Positions 59,114 to 64,000 of a stretch of 64,000 nt of DNA are shown piece after piece. Position numbers and translations under genes: made by a program. A model generated the notes under the pieces. That model worked only from the letters and a program-made list of their open reading frames with translations, had not been told where the DNA came from and made no database searches. The stretch comes from a virus (Duplodnaviria > Caudoviricetes). The number at the start of each line of letters is the position of its first letter. The stretch's first letter is position 1. The stretch is taken from the IMG/VR virus record IMGVR_UViG_3300025098_005131; one strand, given 5' to 3'.

Positions 59114-59975
59114 CAGCCTTCCTGAAAATATTATAGAAGCTAAAATTGCAATTGTTCTAACAGATATAATAGGTAGTACAAAATTTGTGCAGAGAAATGG
59201 CTCTAGAATTGCAGCTCAATGGTTTGGTGTACACGACAAAGCAGTCATGAATTTCATACAAAGACACAACGGTCGTCTAGTCGACGCATCTGATGGTCAT
59301 TTAATGTATTTTGGATCTGTTGGAGACGCTATAGCCTTTGCTTTTGATTATAAAAAATTTTTAAGAATTAAAAAGTTTCCTTTTAGAAGTAGAGTTGGTA
59401 TACATTGGGATAAAATGTTAATTGTCAAAGCTGAAGAACATATAGTAAGAGCTGGCGGAAAAAGAATTAATCTTGAAGGCATAGGTAAAAATATTGCTGC
59501 AAGAACAATGTCTTTATGTGCTGCTGAGCAAATACTGCTTTCCGCTTCAGCATATAAGACGTACAAAGAACTCGGGCATAGAAACAGGTATATACCTGAT
59601 AATGCGTTAATTGCTTTAGTAGGATTGTACAAGTTTAAAGGTGTGCGTGATCCTGAATCTTTATATGCAATCGGCCTAATAGAAATGCAATTGCAGCCGC
59701 CTAAAGATAGCGAAAAAGCAAAAAGAATAGGTGGACATAAAAAAATAAAAACTAGATTAAAACATAAAAAAATGTCTGAAATATTTTGGTGGTTAGTTTA
59801 CAGAATAGCTTTTTTTGAGGCTTTAATAATAGTTTACTTTGTCTTTTATATATCTATGAAAGATAGTTTAAACCGTCTGATATTTGACATTACCGGTATA
59901 GACTTTAAGTATTTTTTAGGATGGCTACATCCTGCTATTAAATTTATACAAAACGTTTTAAACGAAGTGCTATAA
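59091..59975 (+). CDS. Class III nucleotidyl (adenylate/guanylate-type) cyclase with C-terminal membrane anchor
   Basis: VLTDIIGST (metal Asp 1), ASDGHLMYF (metal Asp 2), RSRVGIHW, GKNIAAR (catalytic Asn/Arg), EQILLS, YKFKGV; hydrophobic IFWWLVYRIAFFEALIIVYFVFYISM. Likely start is the ATG at 59106. Confidence 0.88.
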   Translation: MYVTKMSSSLPENIIEAKIAIVLTDIIGSTKFVQRNGSRIAAQWFGVHDKAVMNFIQRHNGRLVDASDGHLMYFGSVGDAIAFAFDYKKFLRIKKFPFRSRVGIHWDKMLIVKAEEHIVRAGGKRINLEGIGKNIAARTMSLCAAEQILLSASAYKTYKELGHRNRYIPDNALIALVGLYKFKGVRDPESLYAIGLIEMQLQPPKDSEKAKRIGGHKKIKTRLKHKKMSEIFWWLVYRIAFFEALIIVYFVFYISMKDSLNRLIFDITGIDFKYFLGWLHPAIKFIQNVLNEVL

Positions 59976-59994
59976 AAATAAAGGACTATAAAAA

Positions 59995-60480
59995 ATGAAA
60001 AAAAATATTAATGAAAAAGAAGAAAAATCAAATAAACAGTTTACGCAGACAGAAAAAGCAAAAAGAGGTTGGTGGTTTTCTGTTATTTTCATGGTTCTTG
60101 TTATAAGCTTAATAATGTTTCTAGCATTTACTCCTCTCCAGAAAGACAATCGAGACATAATAGTAGGAATGATTGGTATGATTACAGGTGCTATATCTTC
60201 AATGCTTTCAATAGCTGCAGGAAGAGATCCATCTGAGGTTGAAGAGCTTAAAGACAAACTTTCATCTGCAAATGCTGACCGAGCAGCTTTAATAGGTAGG
60301 CTAAGAGACTCTCAAATACAACTTCAGCTTGCAAGAGAACAAATATTTGAGTTGCAAACAGCTGTTATAGATAAGCTTTCACTTTTCAGCGGTGAAAAAC
60401 CAATAAAAACAAAAAGACAAGATCAAGTTGTTCTACATCCAGAAGTAGACGAATGGATGCCTAAAATAGACAATAATTAA
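59995..60480 (+). CDS. Two-TM protein with C-terminal coiled coil
   Basis: GWWFSVIFMVLVISLIMFLAF and IIVGMIGMITGAISSMLSIAAG, then EVEELKDKL..LAREQIFELQ; AAGGA SD 19-nt intergenic after the cyclase. Confidence 0.75.
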   Translation: MKKNINEKEEKSNKQFTQTEKAKRGWWFSVIFMVLVISLIMFLAFTPLQKDNRDIIVGMIGMITGAISSMLSIAAGRDPSEVEELKDKLSSANADRAALIGRLRDSQIQLQLAREQIFELQTAVIDKLSLFSGEKPIKTKRQDQVVLHPEVDEWMPKIDNN

Positions 60481-60499
60481 TTTATTTAATAATAAAGTT

Positions 60500-61435
60500 T
60501 TATATTTTTGAAGTAAACTGGCTTTCATTTGTTATTGATATTATTAGGTCTAAATGATTTGAATGATTACATATGTATTTAATTGTATTCATATCTTTCT
60601 TTTTTATTATTTTAGAAAAAATTGAATTATACCACTCGTTTCCTTTATGTTTTATTGCAAGTCCCTGCGCTGCATCGTCTGTAGGGTCATCTGGTGTAAG
60701 TTGTGGTAATTTATGTTTTTCTGAGTCGTCTTTGTTAATGTCAAGCTGTTCTGTTTCTACGTCACTTCTATTAGCATATATTTGCCATTTTTTTTGTGCC
60801 TCAACAGTTGAAGAATAACGATCAGAGCATATTCCTTTTTCTCTAACAACAGAAACAAACTCAAGCATTATTTCAAAAAGTACAGAACTTACTCCAATAG
60901 TTGACTTATGTGTAAGCATATGTCTATATGCTCCTTTGCCGTATCCAGGAGACCAATCTTTGTCTGTTGACTCAAAGTCAATCGTACTAGAAACAGGACT
61001 GTTGCTGTTAGGCCAAGCAGATGTAAAATTAGAAAAATCAAACTTTACAAAACCTTCATACTCGTCTTCATAAAGTAAAATTTTACCAACAATGCTGTTG
61101 TCATTTTTTAATTCTCTTTCTTGCTGAACGTAGTTCTCAAGTTTATTAATTATACTAAATATTTTGGAGTTAACACCGTATGTAGCGTTATTAGAATTAA
61201 ATTTTTCTATTTTAGCTTTATCTTTAATAGGATCAAATTCATTGTAGAATTCTTTACTTTTAGAAGAAACTTGATTGTAATTATCTTCAGTCTCATCTTC
61301 GTAACCAAAATCAAACTTCCAGTCATCTTCATCAACATGATCAGGCTTTTTTACAAGATTAAATGCTTCTTGAATTGAATTAAACCTATTCCATTCTTTG
61401 ACTATTTTTTTATATTCTTTTCTATTTATTAACAT
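60500..61435 (-). CDS. Hypothetical protein, paralog of 61447..62148
   Basis: Shares a C-terminal domain of about 100 aa with its neighbour (L.(E/D)IM.E.VS...C.DR....EA...W.....R.D+.T.QLDI..D....K.P.LTP...DD..Q...I.HKG..WY.S.FSK). Confidence 0.75.
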   Translation of the reverse strand: MLINRKEYKKIVKEWNRFNSIQEAFNLVKKPDHVDEDDWKFDFGYEDETEDNYNQVSSKSKEFYNEFDPIKDKAKIEKFNSNNATYGVNSKIFSIINKLENYVQQERELKNDNSIVGKILLYEDEYEGFVKFDFSNFTSAWPNSNSPVSSTIDFESTDKDWSPGYGKGAYRHMLTHKSTIGVSSVLFEIMLEFVSVVREKGICSDRYSSTVEAQKKWQIYANRSDVETEQLDINKDDSEKHKLPQLTPDDPTDDAAQGLAIKHKGNEWYNSIFSKIIKKKDMNTIKYICNHSNHLDLIISITNESQFTSKI

Positions 61436-61446
61436 ATATTTTCCTT

Positions 61447-62148
61447 TTATAAAATTCCTTTTAATATAAACAATGGATCATATGATAACTTTTCAATAAC
61501 ATATGCATTGTTTTTATAATATCCTTTTGAAAACGGGCTTTCATACCAACTAGTTCCTTTATGTGATATAGAAACATTCTGATAAAAGTCATCCTCTAAC
61601 TGCGGAGTTAAGTTAGGAAATTTTTTATTATCCAAAGAATCATTTTCAATATCTAGCTGCACAGTTTTTATATCATTTCTTTCGTAAAAATAATTTTCCC
61701 ATAAAGATTTGGCTTCATTAGATATCTCAAATCTATCTGGACATAAAACAGAATTATCTTTTGAGACATATTCTATCATGATATCGTACATCAATGGGCC
61801 TAAATCATACTTTACAAACTCTGTAAAATCAATTACATAACAATTTCTAATGTTGCTTTCTTCATCAATAACATTACTATATTTAAATTTTTTAAAGCTA
61901 ATATAAGCTACATCGTCAATAATAAAGCTAGTGTTTTGTGAATCAACAATTTCAGAAATTAATACGAATTCGTTTACTTCTTTAGTTATTCTTATACTTA
62001 ACTTTTGGTTTTCTACTTCGCATATCTTTTTTTTTGCTTTTTCAATTTGATTTTCTATGTTTAGACTTTCTTTTAAAATGTTGGAATTTGTATTTCTAAT
62101 AAAGTAAACCCATTCTTTAAAAATTTCTTTATTATTATTTTTATTCAT
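61447..62148 (-). CDS. Hypothetical protein, paralog of 60500..61435 (possible GNAT-like fold)
   Basis: LGPLMYDIMIEYVS..LCPDRFEISNEAKSLWENY; AGGAG SD at 62154..62158. Confidence 0.7.
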   Translation of the reverse strand: MNKNNNKEIFKEWVYFIRNTNSNILKESLNIENQIEKAKKKICEVENQKLSIRITKEVNEFVLISEIVDSQNTSFIIDDVAYISFKKFKYSNVIDEESNIRNCYVIDFTEFVKYDLGPLMYDIMIEYVSKDNSVLCPDRFEISNEAKSLWENYFYERNDIKTVQLDIENDSLDNKKFPNLTPQLEDDFYQNVSISHKGTSWYESPFSKGYYKNNAYVIEKLSYDPLFILKGIL

Positions 62149-62184
62149 TTAAACTCCTTTTATATAGATTTTATTTTTATAAAA

Positions 62185-62478
62185 CTACTTATCCCACCAA
62201 TCATCAAATGAACCAAAATCAATTTTTTCATAAAGACTTACGGGTATACTACCTACACAATCATAGCTAAACCACTCACCTTCTTTTCTCCAACGTTTAA
62301 GTTCTTCATGAATTAGTTTTTCTTTCCACCCTTCGCCTTTAAAAAAAGCAATAAGTCTAAGCTTGTTTGGATTGCCAGTTTGTAGCTGCTTTAAACGTTT
62401 GTCAGGGTTTTTTGACCTACCAACTTTAATCATTCCTGTTACGTCTGATTGTATGATATATAAATCATCACTTTTCAT
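62185..62478 (-). CDS. GIY-YIG superfamily protein (T5orf172/MUG113-like)
   Basis: LYIIQ..GMIKVGRSKNPDKRLKQLQTGNPNKL..EKLIHEEL..R..GEWF. Confidence 0.88.
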   Translation of the reverse strand: MKSDDLYIIQSDVTGMIKVGRSKNPDKRLKQLQTGNPNKLRLIAFFKGEGWKEKLIHEELKRWRKEGEWFSYDCVGSIPVSLYEKIDFGSFDDWWDK

Positions 62479-62512
62479 TGTTATACTTTCTTAAAATTAA
62501 TCAATATATTTC

Positions 62513-62522
62513 ATATTTATCT
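62513..62522 (+). promoter_or_regulatory. Putative late-promoter motif ATATTTATCT
   Basis: 32 nt before the lysozyme-like gene start. Confidence 0.3.
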
Positions 62523-62554
62523 TATGATAAAAATACAAAAAGGTACATTTAAAC

Positions 62555-64000
62555 ATGATTATAATTGCTGAAAATAAACAGAATCATTATTTACTTAAGC
62601 ATTTTTTTAAAGAAATATCTAGTATAAGATTGAACGAAAGTTTTAAACAGAATCAGGCAGGAGAGCACACTGCGTTAGACATTAGCGCGCTAGACTTTAA
62701 TGATACTGTTGTTGATAATCCAATAATAACAGATCAACCAGAAACAATAGTAAATAAAGTTGACTTAGAAAAAGCTTCAATAATAAAACCTAAAATGAAT
62801 AAACTACTAAAAGGTCTTAAAAAAGGCTTAAAAATATCAGCGATTGCAGCTGCAATTTTTTTTGGAGGAGACAATTCAGCCGAAGAGCTTAAAGCTTTAC
62901 AGAAAATTGCTAATGATAATAATGTTGAAGTACAAGAAGTAATAGAAAAAACAAGCAATCAAATTGTGAAACAACCTCTAGCTCAATATAACACATCAGC
63001 AAATATAGTAGTAGACGACAATAAAGATATCAATACAACATTGAAAGCTAAAGTCAAGCCAAAAGAAAAGTCTGTTCCTGTTGCTTCAAGTAACAAAACA
63101 AAGTTATTAGAAAGAGCTAAAAGTAGAATAAAAGTATTTGAAGGATTCAAGCCGTACCCTTACAAAGATAGAACTGGTGTTTCAATAGGATACGGCACTT
63201 TTTTTGCTGACAATATAGGCCCTGATAGTTTGCCTGAAGCATGGATTGATGATTTGTACGCAAAATGTGGTATATCTGAAGAAGAAAAAAGTCAGTATGA
63301 ACAAGAAAGTCAAAAAGAATTATTAGCTAAATTCAGCAAGTCTATTGAAAGTAAAAAAGCAAATCTTGATAAAATAATTTCTAAAGTTGAAAGTAAAATT
63401 AAGTTAAAGAATGCTGAACTGAAAAAATGGAAAAAGATAAGAGATGCAAAGAAAAGAAAAAATTATACTGAAACAGTTGAGACAGAAATTAAAAGACTAG
63501 ATAAAAGAAAAGCTTCTTTAGAAGATCAAAAGTCAGAATTAGACTTAGAAAAAGAAGTAGCTGAGTCTAGAGGATTAATATCATTAAAACTTGCTGAAAG
63601 GTGCTTGGAAGGATATATTAGTAATTCAATAGATTATCATAAAGGTCTATCAGACGGTTATTTGTTTAAAATGGACGATGAAGTACAAGATGTAGTTATT
63701 GACATGTCTTATAACGTAGGAATGTATTTTTTAGAAAAAGAATTCCCTAGTTTTAATGGTTTTGTTGAAGAGTATATAGAATCAATTAAAAGCGATGATA
63801 GTCAAAAAGAAATTGAAGCTTTAAAAAACATGTATGAAGAAATTAAAGACAGATCTCCCGACTATCATAAACAACAATCTTCAAATAGAAGAGCAGAAAA
63901 AAATACAACATTGCTAAATCAAGCTTACGAAAGAGCAAAAAATAGTTTAAAAGAAAATGTGTACTCTTTAAAAAATGCTTATAAAATACTTTTTAGTTAA
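62555..64000 (+). CDS. GH24-like (phage lysozyme) muramidase with hydrophobic N-terminal segment and large coiled-coil insertion
   Basis: IKVFEGFKPYPYKDRTGVSIGYGT (E-x8-D), then ISLKLAERCL and DEVQDVVIDMSYNVG of the C-lobe; TAA stop at 63998..64000. Confidence 0.75.
   Translation: MIIIAENKQNHYLLKHFFKEISSIRLNESFKQNQAGEHTALDISALDFNDTVVDNPIITDQPETIVNKVDLEKASIIKPKMNKLLKGLKKGLKISAIAAAIFFGGDNSAEELKALQKIANDNNVEVQEVIEKTSNQIVKQPLAQYNTSANIVVDDNKDINTTLKAKVKPKEKSVPVASSNKTKLLERAKSRIKVFEGFKPYPYKDRTGVSIGYGTFFADNIGPDSLPEAWIDDLYAKCGISEEEKSQYEQESQKELLAKFSKSIESKKANLDKIISKVESKIKLKNAELKKWKKIRDAKKRKNYTETVETEIKRLDKRKASLEDQKSELDLEKEVAESRGLISLKLAERCLEGYISNSIDYHKGLSDGYLFKMDDEVQDVVIDMSYNVGMYFLEKEFPSFNGFVEEYIESIKSDDSQKEIEALKNMYEEIKDRSPDYHKQQSSNRRAEKNTTLLNQAYERAKNSLKENVYSLKNAYKILFS

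Noticed and set aside
59970-60257. 95-aa hydrophobic minus-strand ORF
   Set aside because: Antisense shadow of the 2TM gene 59995..60480, which has an SD and operon context.
62185-62478. GIY-YIG gene as an active homing endonuclease or intron
   Set aside because: Only 97 aa, free-standing, with no DNA-binding extension and no interrupted host gene; T5orf172-like proteins are common in phages.
1-64000. Stop-codon reassignment (code 15 or 4), as in some jumbo phages
   Set aside because: Standard-code ORFs tile the window almost without gaps, and TAA, TAG and TGA all end genes at coupled junctions.

Overview
This window is a gene-dense, very AT-rich stretch of a large (jumbo-type) contractile-tailed phage genome in the standard genetic code, read almost entirely on the minus strand up to about 57.4 kb. 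About 1-28.4 kb is a tightly coupled tail/baseplate block: mostly orphan structural proteins, LamG-like and FN3-like domains, a baseplate J/T4 gp6-like wedge, a gp25-like protein and a gp5-like hub. It is followed by a T4 gp55-like late sigma factor and a Cas4/AddB-like Fe-S nuclease. About 30.8-51.1 kb is an array of repeat-rich fibre-like proteins, the largest 2409 aa with coiled-coil, collagen and duplicated C-terminal modules. Next is a host-takeover cluster: PIN-PhoH, a standalone sigma-70 region-4 protein, an Hc1 histone-H1-like protein, a degenerate GroEL-like protein, a Nudix hydrolase and a DinG/XPD-type helicase. The last 6.5 kb switches strand repeatedly. It holds a four-gene plus-strand operon (small protein, 12-Cys metallothionein-like protein, membrane-anchored class III nucleotidyl cyclase, 2TM/coiled-coil protein), two paralogous unknown proteins, a GIY-YIG protein and a GH24-like lysozyme split by a long coiled-coil insertion. 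The cyclase operon is the best candidate for an undescribed system. I saw no tRNA, rRNA, CRISPR array, integrase or reverse transcriptase. All family calls come from motif recognition by eye, not from database searches.
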